Assembly: GCA_028280845.1 (NCBI GenBank)
Contig: JANQKZ010000032.1
Span: 74,490-138,489 of the forward strand
Origin: Opitutales bacterium
GTDB lineage: Bacteria > Verrucomicrobiota > Verrucomicrobiia > Opitutales > JABSRG01
DNA length: 64,000 bases
Direction of reading: 5' to 3'
A program made the translations under genes and the position numbers. Positions within the stretch are counted from its first letter, which is position 1. Each line of letters starts with the position of its first letter. Shown piece after piece: positions 49,434 to 59,200 of this stretch. The notes beneath the pieces are model-generated. The model had not been told where the DNA came from and made no database searches. It was given only the letters and a program-made list of their open reading frames with translations.

Positions 49434-49496
49434 TATTCGATCTCCGACCACCGACCATCCGCCATCGACAATTCACCATCGACCATCGACAATCAA
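49434..49496 (+). repeat. Nine tandem degenerate heptads (consensus CCATCGA)
   Basis: TATTCGA TCTCCGA CCACCGA CCATCCG CCATCGA CAATTCA CCATCGA CCATCGA CAATCAA, ending 3 bp before ATG 49500. Confidence 0.8.
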
Positions 49497-49499
49497 GGC

Positions 49500-50153
49500 A
49501 TGCTCAAACTCACCTACTATCTCGATGTCGTCTCCTCCTGGTGTTTCTACGCGGAAGATACTTGGGCAGAGCTAAAGGAGTTTTACGAAGACTTGGCTAC
49601 TTTTGAATGGAAGGTATCCCTGATCCCGCCAGCAGGCCTTCCCAAGTCGCGGGAGGAAGAGGAATATTATTATCGCCGGAGCGGAACTACGGTCCGCTGG
49701 CAGACTATGCTGAACGGGGCCTGGTTGAATCCCGAAGTGGAGGAATATCTGGTGCCCAACGCCGTCGCAGAGGCAGGAAAAGACTTCGGAATCACCGATG
49801 ACCGAATTCGCTTAGCCCTTGCTCACGCTGCCATGGTGGAAGGCCAATCCATCTGGGATTGGAAGGTCGCCGCAGGTGCTGCTGTTACAGCCGTGGACCT
49901 TGATCAGGAAGCCCTGCTGGAGACAGCCCGGTCCCAGGAGATCGAAGATCGGGTCCGGGCTTCTACCCAAGCGTTCGACAATCTCCAGGTCAATCAACGC
50001 CCTACCTTTATCATTGAAGATGAAATCGGGGATCGTGCCGTCTTCTCCGGCCTCATCCACCTGGACCCGTTGGTGTCGACCATTGAGTCCATGATCGAGG
50101 ATTGCCAGGCCTACCGTGCCTACCACGCCCACCATGGCGAGTGGCCGGCTTGA
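49500..50153 (+). CDS. DsbA/FrnE-like thioredoxin-fold protein with SxxC motif
   Basis: YYLDVVSSWCFY and cis-Pro loop QRPTF. Confidence 0.8.
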   Translation: MLKLTYYLDVVSSWCFYAEDTWAELKEFYEDLATFEWKVSLIPPAGLPKSREEEEYYYRRSGTTVRWQTMLNGAWLNPEVEEYLVPNAVAEAGKDFGITDDRIRLALAHAAMVEGQSIWDWKVAAGAAVTAVDLDQEALLETARSQEIEDRVRASTQAFDNLQVNQRPTFIIEDEIGDRAVFSGLIHLDPLVSTIESMIEDCQAYRAYHAHHGEWPA

Positions 50154-50156
50154 TCC

Positions 50157-50193
50157 GGATCCACAACACATCCCCGATGGAAGCGGTGGATCC
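50157..50193 (+). terminator. Hairpin after the DsbA-like gene
   Basis: GGATCCAC (50157-50164) pairs with GTGGATCC (50186-50193). Confidence 0.4.
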
Positions 50194-50294
50194 TTCCCCC
50201 TCAATACCATCTCCCTATGCACAAATGCGAAATTTATTTCCCGAATTCGATTTAGCGGATTTGATTTCGTATTTAATATGATAAGGTTTTTTGT

Positions 50295-51011
50295 ATGAAG
50301 TTTGTCTTTTGCCTCTTAATCATAGCTGCGTTATCACTGCCCGGGGGAATGCTCATAGGCCAGAACACGAGCTCGGTCTTCAGTCCAGATGTGACCCGAG
50401 GAAAGAATGCCATCGAATACCGGGCTGCCTACGACTCAGATGCGGAGGCGTTTTCGCACCGGTTACATTACCAATACGGGTTCACTGACGCCTGGCGGGG
50501 CCGCGTAATTTTGACCCAATTTGATCGACCAAGCCAGAATCTGGAGCTCCGCTATATTCGCTTTGAGGGTCTCTGGCAATTCCTCGAAGATGGCGAGGCC
50601 GGGTGGGACAGCGCCCTCCGCTTTGAGCTCCAGTTGACCGAGGGCGACAACCCACCCCACCGGGCCCGTATCGCCTGGAGCGGCAAAAAGGACCTCAATG
50701 AGAAATGGCAAATCCGGGGCAATTTCCTGACCGGGCGCCAGTTCGGGAACGAATCCAAAAAGGGGTGGCTCCTGGAGAGCCGGGCTCAAATCACCCGCAA
50801 ACTCAATCCAAACTGGAGTCTGGCGGTGGACTACTTCGGGGACATGAATGACACCGACGAGTTTGGCGCTTTCAAAGATCAGGAACACCAGTTGGGTCCC
50901 CTACTCAAATTCAAGGCGGGAGGCGCTTCCGGCCTCTTTGGTCCCCTCTTCGGAGTATCCAGCTCCGCTCCAGACCTGGAACTGCGCTGTCACCTGATCT
51001 GGAGTTGGTAA
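50295..51011 (+). CDS. Putative outer-membrane beta-barrel protein
   Basis: Signal peptide, alternating amphipathic beta pattern, terminal aromatic residues (LIWSW). Confidence 0.6.
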   Translation: MKFVFCLLIIAALSLPGGMLIGQNTSSVFSPDVTRGKNAIEYRAAYDSDAEAFSHRLHYQYGFTDAWRGRVILTQFDRPSQNLELRYIRFEGLWQFLEDGEAGWDSALRFELQLTEGDNPPHRARIAWSGKKDLNEKWQIRGNFLTGRQFGNESKKGWLLESRAQITRKLNPNWSLAVDYFGDMNDTDEFGAFKDQEHQLGPLLKFKAGGASGLFGPLFGVSSSAPDLELRCHLIWSW

Positions 51012-51088
51012 CAGTTACCCGTTGAACGATGATTGGAAACCCGGCGAATAGCATTGCCGATAAAAATCCAATCCCGCTTCAATAGCGC

Positions 51089-52534
51089 ATGAGCCGTCCC
51101 CTTTGCCTCATTCTGTTATTCCTGCCCCTCGCCTCCATGCTGCATTCCGGCGTTACGGTTTACCCTTACCCCGAAGAAGCCCCAAAGTCTGAACGCTATC
51201 GGGTCTTCATCAACGACCGGGAAGTGTTTGTTTACCAGAACCCCATTGCTTCGATTGTGATCTTCGAGATGGACGGCCCGGTGGAGGTGCGCATCGAGTC
51301 CCAAACCATCATTCGGCATGTCGATGTCCGGCCCCTGTCTCACGAAATCCAGTCCCAATGGGGCGGGAAGGCGGCCGCTTTTACCCTCGACCAACCCAGA
51401 AAACTGAGCATCGAATTCAACGGCCTGCTCGATGATCCGCTCTTTCTCTTTGCCCACGCCCCCATTGCCCGGCCTGCCAACAACCCGAAGGGTCGCCTCC
51501 TCACCTTCGAGGCCGGAAAAGTCCATGAGCTCGGACTGGTAGAGCTCCAGTCTGGCGACCTGGTCTTCCTGGAGGGGGGCGCCATTATAAAAGGAGACTT
51601 CCTCGCAGAAGAGGTCGAAGATGTCGTCATCCAGGGCCCTGGGATCATCGATGCCACCCTGACGACCGAGCCGAGCCCCGATACCGTTTACACCAATCGG
51701 GTTATCTCGCTCTTCCGGTCCCACAATATCCGCCTGGAGGACTTCCTCATTTCCAACGCCGGGAAGTGGCAGGTGGTTCCCGATCAATCCACTCAGGTCA
51801 CCATCGATGGCATACAAATTGTCAGTGACAACGGGACCGACGATGGAATCGATATCGTCCGCAGCCAGGAGGTCATCGTCCGCAACGTATTTGTCCATAC
51901 CAAGGATGATTGCATCGCGATCAAAGCCTTTACCCCCGACCGCCTGCTCCGCCCCAGCCAGAATATCCTCATCGAAAACGGCACCTTCTGGAATACCCAG
52001 TGGGGAAACGGGTTTGAAATCGGCTTTGAACTCCGGACCGACTCCGTTCGCAACATCGTCCTGCGGAATTGTGACTTTATTCACGTGGAGAAGGGGGCTG
52101 TCCTCAGCATCCACAACGCAGACTACGCCGTCGTCGAAAATGTCGTGTTTGAGGACATCCGCGTCGAGGATGCCCGTCAAAAACTCCTGGATTTTGCCAT
52201 CCTCTGGACCAAGTTCAGCGAAGACGGCCCCAAGACCGAAGCCGAGTGGGAACGCCGTTACCAACACGGAGGAGTATGGGACAATGTCATGGATTTCTCA
52301 GAAGCGGAGCGGGAGGCCATCACCCAAAACCGGGGAACCATCCAAAACATCATAGTCCGCAACCTGCGCATCGTTGACGGAGGCCTGCCCTTTTCCATCT
52401 TTTCGGGATTTGATGAAGATCACCTGGTCCAGGACATCCTCATCGAGGACGTCTACCTCTACGACCAGAAACTCACCACCGCCGAGGATCTTAAACTCTA
52501 CACTAAATTCACCGAAGGCGTCACCATCCGCTAA
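51089..52534 (+). CDS. GH28-like right-handed beta-helix glycosidase, secreted
   Basis: GPGIIDA, GTDDGIDI, TKDDCIAIK acidic motifs; repeated NI.F.D/N strands. Confidence 0.8.
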   Translation: MSRPLCLILLFLPLASMLHSGVTVYPYPEEAPKSERYRVFINDREVFVYQNPIASIVIFEMDGPVEVRIESQTIIRHVDVRPLSHEIQSQWGGKAAAFTLDQPRKLSIEFNGLLDDPLFLFAHAPIARPANNPKGRLLTFEAGKVHELGLVELQSGDLVFLEGGAIIKGDFLAEEVEDVVIQGPGIIDATLTTEPSPDTVYTNRVISLFRSHNIRLEDFLISNAGKWQVVPDQSTQVTIDGIQIVSDNGTDDGIDIVRSQEVIVRNVFVHTKDDCIAIKAFTPDRLLRPSQNILIENGTFWNTQWGNGFEIGFELRTDSVRNIVLRNCDFIHVEKGAVLSIHNADYAVVENVVFEDIRVEDARQKLLDFAILWTKFSEDGPKTEAEWERRYQHGGVWDNVMDFSEAEREAITQNRGTIQNIIVRNLRIVDGGLPFSIFSGFDEDHLVQDILIEDVYLYDQKLTTAEDLKLYTKFTEGVTIR

Positions 52535-52688
52535 TGTTCAGGTGGAGGCGGCTCACCCCCAGGTCGCGAAGTTCTGATATCCTCGACCAATCAGAAAAGA
52601 ATGCTTAGGCTCAGCCTGCCCATTCCCCCCCTTCAATTGTGGGAGCGGGCTTGACCCGTGACTTGGCATCTTCAACTCACCACCCCCT

Positions 52689-53702
52689 ATGAAACGCCGT
52701 TCCTTCATCACCACCATCCCCGCTGCTGCGGCTGCCGGGTCTCTACCCGCCTCCGGCAGCTCCTCCAAGCCCGCTCCCCCTACCGACAAGTGGGGCCCCC
52801 TCCTTCCCTCCCGCCCCCTCGGCCAGACCGGCGATTCCGTCACCCTGCTCGGCGTCGGTGGCTTCCATGTGGGATGGACGGAAAAGAACCACGCCGCAGA
52901 AATCATCGAAACGGCCATGGAGGGTGGTATCCGTTTTTTCGATACCGCAGAGAGCTACCAGGAGGGCGAAAGCGAACGCCGCTTTGGCGAATACCTCATT
53001 CCCAAATACCGGAATGAGATTTATCTCATGACCAAAACCACGGCCAAAGATGCCAAAACCGCCCGGGAACACCTGGAGGGCAGCCTCCGCCGCATGAAAA
53101 CCGACACCCTGGATCTTTACCAGATCCACTCCCTCCGTGACCCGGAGGATGTCGACAACCGGCTCGCCAATGGTGTCCTGGATGTGCTGCTCCAGGCCCA
53201 GGAGCAGGGCAAAGTACGTCACCTTGGCATCACCTGTCATACCAACCCGGAGGCCCTCCTCCGCATGCTGGAACAGACCCGGGATACTCAACCCTTCCAG
53301 GCCTGCCAAATGCCGGTCAACGCCCTCGACCCCAGCGCCCATAGCTTCATTCGCCAGGTGCTTCCCTTGCTCCAGGAACGACAAATCGCCCTCCTCGCCA
53401 TGAAAACCTTAGCCGACGGTCGCTTCTTCGCCCTCAAGCGGCGCCCGGAATGGGTCCAATGGCAAACGGAAAACCCGATCATCCCCACCAGCCTGAGCAT
53501 TCGCGACGCCCTCGCCTACGCCTGGTCCCACCCTGTCAGCACCCTGATCACTGGAGCGGAGAATGCTTCCCTCCTGCGGGAAAAAATTGATTTTGCCAAG
53601 ACCGTTACCCCGCTTTCCGCGGAAGAGCAACGGGGCATGGAAGCCATGCTCCAAGCTTACCCCAGCGATGAAGTAGAATATTATAAACGCCCCACAAGCT
53701 GA
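52689..53702 (+). CDS. Tat-exported aldo/keto reductase
   Basis: MKRRSFI, FFDTAESY, LMTK, SLRRMKTD.LDLYQIH, LAMK. Confidence 0.9.
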   Translation: MKRRSFITTIPAAAAAGSLPASGSSSKPAPPTDKWGPLLPSRPLGQTGDSVTLLGVGGFHVGWTEKNHAAEIIETAMEGGIRFFDTAESYQEGESERRFGEYLIPKYRNEIYLMTKTTAKDAKTAREHLEGSLRRMKTDTLDLYQIHSLRDPEDVDNRLANGVLDVLLQAQEQGKVRHLGITCHTNPEALLRMLEQTRDTQPFQACQMPVNALDPSAHSFIRQVLPLLQERQIALLAMKTLADGRFFALKRRPEWVQWQTENPIIPTSLSIRDALAYAWSHPVSTLITGAENASLLREKIDFAKTVTPLSAEEQRGMEAMLQAYPSDEVEYYKRPTS

Positions 53703-53746
53703 CTGAGAGATCCACCACCTGGGCGTCATCTATCGAATAGACCGGT

Positions 53747-53769
53747 CCGGGGCCCATAAGGGGTCCCGG
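53747..53769 (+). terminator. GC-rich hairpin after the aldo/keto reductase gene
   Basis: CCGGGGCCC ATAAG GGGTCCCGG, with TTTT a few bases downstream. Confidence 0.5.
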
Positions 53770-53788
53770 ATCCGGATTTTGGATGACC

Positions 53789-53957
53789 CTATTGACGACT
53801 TCACCTCGCGTGCACCAAGTTACTGCTAGGCTTAAGTGTCTTGAGGTGAATCTGCATGGTAACAGTATCGGGGTTTAGGACGTAATTAAAACAGGGCCAT
53901 AACCATTGGCGAGTAGCCCCCGAGTTCAGTCACCAGGTTAGAAAGGCCAATCAATAG
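53789..53957. ncRNA. Candidate structured RNA (three-way junction), family unknown
   Basis: Closing stem CTATTGA/TCAATAG enclosing two hairpins; pairing inferred by eye only. Confidence 0.35.
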
Positions 53958-54000
53958 TTTTTCATGTCCATGAGCTACGCACATCGGTTAAACTTCAGCT

Positions 54001-54969
54001 ATGAACATTGTGGCCTTGGACGGGTATACCTTGAATCCCGGCGACCTTTCCTGGGGCGCCCTTGAGACCGATAACACTTCTTTCAAGGTTTATGAACGGT
54101 CCACGCGGCAGGAAACCCTGGAACGGGCAGCCAAAGCGGAGGTTCTCTTAACCAATAAAACAGTTTTGGACCGCGAGATCATTGAGTCGCTCCCGGATTT
54201 GAAATACATTGGGGTCCTGGCCACGGGTTTCAATATCGTAGATGTTGATGCCGCCAGGGAGCGGGGGATCCCAGTGACCAATGTTCCCGGCTACGGAACG
54301 GAGGCCGTCGCTCAACACGTGTTCGCCCTCATCCTTGCCCTGGCCCGCCGGGTCGAACACCACGCCCAACGGGTTCGTACAAATGGATGGGCGACCTCCG
54401 ACGACTTTTGTTTCTGGGAAACCGACCAGATCGATCTGGAAAAGAAAAACCTCGGCATCCTCGGTTTCGGCAACATCGGCCGGGCGGTGGCCCGCATCGG
54501 ATCCGCTTTTAGGATGAATATCCTCATCCATAGCCGAAGCCATCCCCGGAACCTCTCCTCCGCCTATGAATTTGTCGACCTGAACACACTGCTTACCCGA
54601 TCAGATATCCTGAGCCTGCACTGCCCGTTGACGGAAGATACCCATTACCTGATGAATCAAAACGCATTTGAGCGTATGCGGAAGGGAGCCTTCCTCATCA
54701 ATACCGGAAGAGGGCCTCTGGTTCACGAAGGAGACTTGGCGGATGCCCTGAAGGACGGGGAGATCGCCGGCGCGGGGATCGATGTAATGGAGGCAGAACC
54801 TCCCCCACCCGATCACGCCCTTTACCAGATCGACACCTGCCTGATCACCCCTCATCTCGCCTGGGCAACACAGCGGGCTCGCCAACGGCTCCTGTCGGTC
54901 GTCATTGATAACCTGACAGCCTGGCTGGCCGGCCAACCGCAAAATGTTGTAAATTCGGTTTCGAGTTGA
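54001..54969 (+). CDS. D-2-hydroxyacid dehydrogenase (glycerate dehydrogenase/hydroxypyruvate reductase-like)
   Basis: LDGYTLNPGDLSW, ATGFN, GILGFGNIG, LHCPLT, INTGRG, TPHLAW. Confidence 0.93.
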   Translation: MNIVALDGYTLNPGDLSWGALETDNTSFKVYERSTRQETLERAAKAEVLLTNKTVLDREIIESLPDLKYIGVLATGFNIVDVDAARERGIPVTNVPGYGTEAVAQHVFALILALARRVEHHAQRVRTNGWATSDDFCFWETDQIDLEKKNLGILGFGNIGRAVARIGSAFRMNILIHSRSHPRNLSSAYEFVDLNTLLTRSDILSLHCPLTEDTHYLMNQNAFERMRKGAFLINTGRGPLVHEGDLADALKDGEIAGAGIDVMEAEPPPPDHALYQIDTCLITPHLAWATQRARQRLLSVVIDNLTAWLAGQPQNVVNSVSS

Positions 54970-55017
54970 ATTGCCAACCGAAGGGATTTTCGCCATAATA
55001 ATAAGCTCCTTATCTCG

Positions 55018-56202
55018 ATGAAACTTTTTTTTATTATAGGACTTGGGATTACCAGTTTGCTGGGTCAGCTCGCAGGCAGTTTGAATCTTCCACCGGCGGT
55101 CGAATTGGAAGAAGGGTTCATTGGACCTCAAGAAGAAAGCATTTTTATGGGGACCCACCTCTCCGCTGCCCATGGTGAACAAAAGCTGGAGGTAGTGGGC
55201 GTCGGACAAACAGGGATCATCGTCCAGAACGGAAACGAAATAGAAACCCTTGAGGGGATCGATGCGTTTTTCTTCAAGCGGTCCATTCGCTACAGTGATC
55301 GGTGGATCCGAATCGAAGAGTTAAGAGTAAAGCCATTCAACACGAAAGCGTATAGGTTTATTGAACAGAATCGGGCCGCCGTCGCCCTGCAGATGAGTCG
55401 GCAAGATCTCATGCAGCAGAGTTTGATGAAAGACGTCTCGCCTCCCATTGGGGTGAGCGCAGACGGCGGAGAAACCGCTGCGGTCGAAGGAGCCATGTCC
55501 CAAACGACTCAAGACAACTTACAGAGTTTTCAGGCCGCGAACGACTTTGTGAACCAGCTGGCAGACGACTTGGGTGGAGGCGAGGGCAGTTTTGATGCGC
55601 TACGCATTTCTATGCAGCTGGAACCCGACCGCCCCATCGACGATTGCTACCTCTTTTTGGTAGCCCGGTATAAAACATTAAATGAGCCGGAGGCCATCGA
55701 GGCGAACCATTTAGGCCTGCATAAAATTGGTGACCTTGAACCCGGCCAAACCACACGAGCCCTGTTTGCCTTCAAAGGGTTTCCCCCGAATTGCCACATC
55801 ATCGACATGCGGTATCATTTCTTCATCGGCGGAGAAGAAATTCCGACCAATTACTCCTACCAGCGGATATTGGTCGATGGGGAGCAAGCCTTTGATTTCT
55901 TATATGCGGACTACATTTCCCAGGAACACGAAGAGAACCGGGAACCCAGACTGTTTCGCAGGATCCTGGTCGATGATTCAGACCTCAACCAATTCACCAC
56001 CATCCGGGAGACCGCCTTATCCCTGACCATTCGAGAGGATGGTTCAGCGGAGTGGTTGGATCCCGAGAAGGCGGCGCCAGAGTATAAAGATAAGATTCAA
56101 GGCCTTATCCTGGCTTCCCGCTTTCTTCCTGCCGTCTATGATAACCAGTTAGTGGAGCAAACCATTTCCATCCAGCTAGGAGACCTCATGGAGTTGAATT
56201 AG
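55018..56202 (+). CDS. Hypothetical exported protein with TonB-C-like C-terminus; paralog of 19697-20875
   Basis: Signal peptide; FDALRI..DCYLFL, EIPT, AFDFLYADYIS; ends SRFLPAVYDNQLVEQTISI. Confidence 0.7.
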   Translation: MKLFFIIGLGITSLLGQLAGSLNLPPAVELEEGFIGPQEESIFMGTHLSAAHGEQKLEVVGVGQTGIIVQNGNEIETLEGIDAFFFKRSIRYSDRWIRIEELRVKPFNTKAYRFIEQNRAAVALQMSRQDLMQQSLMKDVSPPIGVSADGGETAAVEGAMSQTTQDNLQSFQAANDFVNQLADDLGGGEGSFDALRISMQLEPDRPIDDCYLFLVARYKTLNEPEAIEANHLGLHKIGDLEPGQTTRALFAFKGFPPNCHIIDMRYHFFIGGEEIPTNYSYQRILVDGEQAFDFLYADYISQEHEENREPRLFRRILVDDSDLNQFTTIRETALSLTIREDGSAEWLDPEKAAPEYKDKIQGLILASRFLPAVYDNQLVEQTISIQLGDLMELN

Positions 56203-56226
56203 GGCCTTTTCTCTATCGGGAAACCT

Positions 56227-59200
56227 TCACTCCCAATTGACATACCACACCTCGGTGTTGGGACCACCGTGGACACCTTCTCCGGGACCCCCGGTCGTGT
56301 AGAGGAAGGTGGGACTGGCAATGGGTTCATGATTCACTGGGCGCTGCATGCTGCCCATCCAACTGGGGGTATCCGGGTCGGGCTCGCTCACCCGCTCCAC
56401 ATGGAAACTGTTCCCAGAATCCGTGGAGACCATAAGAATAACTTCGCTGGAAGGATGCCCCCAATGGGTATTGTCAGCAGGTTGAGCATCGTGGATTGTC
56501 ACCACGGCCACCAACCTGCCCTGTTCATCAAAAGTAAAGGTACCATCGATCGGCTCCTTTCCCGGAAAGGCCGCTTCGACAAAGGGAAGCAGATCGACCG
56601 TTTTCCATTCGTCGCCAACGAGATGACGGAGCACAACACTCCTCGGTTGCCGGGCAAGCTCGTTCGTTAAAAACCAGGGCTGTCCATCGGGACCAATCAC
56701 CGTGCTTTTTATCCGAATATCCATTTCGGGATCCTTGAGAATCGTGCTGGCGTCTCCGTATTGGGTGGGCAACGCCATAGGCTGCCTATCCTGATTTATC
56801 CAGGATTTCCCTCCGTCCTCCGATTTCAGATAATGAATAGACTTCCCTCGCTTGGCCTCCAATTCGTAAAGGCAGTAGACCAAGTGCAGGTGGCCAGAGG
56901 AATCGACTGCGATCGAATGCCCCGTCCACATGTAGTCCAGAACATCGTTCTCAAAAAGGGCGACGGGCTCGGACCACGTACCTCCGGGTGGATGCTGCTG
57001 GTAGAGGACCCGCCACGGATCGGTCCCACTGCTCCGGTAAGTCAGGTGAAGGGTATCGTCGGGAGCACAGACCAGGCTGGGATAGGTTCCCATATTCCCA
57101 AACTCGACCGGGTCAGACCAGCTCTCAGGATCCCCCGCATTTAAAGTGTAGCGGTGTACAAAAGGCCCATGGTGCGGACCAAAAACGGCATGAATGATTC
57201 CCCGGCTGTCCCGGGTCAGGGCGGGTCCGGCATGGTTGCTCATGCCCTCCCCGATCTGGATGGGTTCCCCCCATTGACCCGTGTCCTTGTCGAGCCGATT
57301 CACCATGATGCGCGCGGGTTGATCGAGCCATCCCACAACACGAGAATCCTTCCAGTCTACAATTTTATGACTCATTCCATAAGCCGTAGCCCGGGTCGAG
57401 CCCGTTCGGGACAAACGCTCTTTTTCCAAGCCGGCATAGCGGGCCACTTCGAACTCAAACGCACGCTCCCTGCCCCCCGCCGGGAAAATATGATTCAGGG
57501 TAATGCGATAGAGTGTGTCGCCCCAACTGTCTTCCATGCGTGGATCCTCCAAGCTGATCTCGGTCACGAGCACATCCAGGTCTGCGGGATAACTTACCAT
57601 CGCGCGACGCTTGCCGGTATCTGGATGCGTGAGGTAGAGCGTACCGGGTGAGCTGCCCTGGCTTGGGATGTGATGAGTCATGAAGTGAAAATCGACCTCA
57701 TTCCGCTTGGAGCCGGATGTGCCACTACGGAATCGGAGGTCTTCCTTGAGGAGAATGCGGCCCGCGGCCCGCTGAAATCGGAAATGCCGGCTGTAGGTCT
57801 CGAGGTTCGCCTCGGGAGGATAGGCGGAAGTGATTTCCATATTTACCCGGGCCTCCTCCAGGGTATTGGTCGATTCAAACGAATCACTCCTCCACTGAAT
57901 CATGTGAGGTTGGGCCTGCTTATTGATATCAGGCAAATTATGGTAGCTGCTTTGCATGGACCAGATTTCGTAGCGTTGCTCGCTAAACGTCTTGGATGTG
58001 TAGGTCCCCACCCCGGTGTCGACCAAGAGGGGTTCTCCATCCAGAAAGACGATAAAATTGCCCACATCATTGTGGTTGTGGCTTTCTGCATTATAGCCAC
58101 CCTTGGCCGCGAGATAAAACCCGGACGCGGTATCGGTCGACTCGCGAATATAGACGGTCTCCAGGTCGTCCAACACGATGAAGGGACTGGGTTCGAACGG
58201 CTTATTGTAGGATTCTAGTTCCTTCCGCACAAAGATGTTCGGCAGTTGCCGCAGGAACACATACTCGGGTCGGTTTCGCGTGAGAAAAGGCTTGCGCGGC
58301 ATTTTGGCCGCAAAAGCTTTCAGATTTTCACTCCCAACCGCCTTCCCGTAGCGAAACAGGATTCCGGGCTCCGGTGTATATTTGGCAAAAGCATCGGCAA
58401 AGTTCACATACCAGGGTGGATTAATGCTGGCATACCACATGAAATTCCCCATCTCCCGAATAAGGGGTTCATCATAGATATCAATTTTTCCCCCGGTGGC
58501 TTGGTATAAGAGTCGTAAGCAATCCAGCATGCGGCCACCGGCGTGGTCCCAGTAAGCGGGACCTTCCTCACACCCCCCGTCATCAGGATAGACATTGATG
58601 AAGCGGTCCAGCACATCGAGGGCTTTCGACACATGCTCAGCCAACGCTTCATCAGACTCATGGAACACCAGGGCACAGAGCAGATAATTTGAAGTGATCC
58701 AAGGGCTCCAGTTGTTCGTAAACGGTTTCTCATAGGCCATCCACCAGTAGTCGGTCCGATTTAGAAAAGGTTCGAGGAGTTGGCGATTGACTTCGTATCG
58801 CATGCGTTGGCGAAACATCGGATTTATCTCATCCAGGTTTGCTCCAAAGAAATATTCGGTTGTCGCCAAAAGGGCGGCTGCCTCAGCAGCCACGAGAGCC
58901 ACGATCGGTTGCTCTGGCGAAGGGAGTCCAGCTCCCGGAAACTCCACATTTAAGTGGGCTGGATTCGCCCAGGTCGTCTGTTCACAGAGCGCCCATACAC
59001 CGTTGGCAATGTCCCGGATGAATCGTCCCTGCCCTTCCAGAATTTCCGCATAGAGCAAGGTTTCCAGGGCTTTCAGTCGAGTGAAGTAAGCCTGGTGATA
59101 GGCGGTATTCGATCCAGTTTCATAAAAGTTGAGGAAGAGGGTCGCCGTCAGGGTCGGCCAATCGTAATCCAGAAAGGCCTCAGCCGCTTGAATGATCGCT

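Noticed and set aside
49434-49496. CRISPR array
   Set aside because: Units are 7 nt, directly tandem, with no spacers and no cas genes.
53789-53957. 6S RNA, SRP RNA or a known riboswitch
   Set aside because: The branched fold and sequence do not match consensus features I can recognise; kept only as an unassigned candidate.
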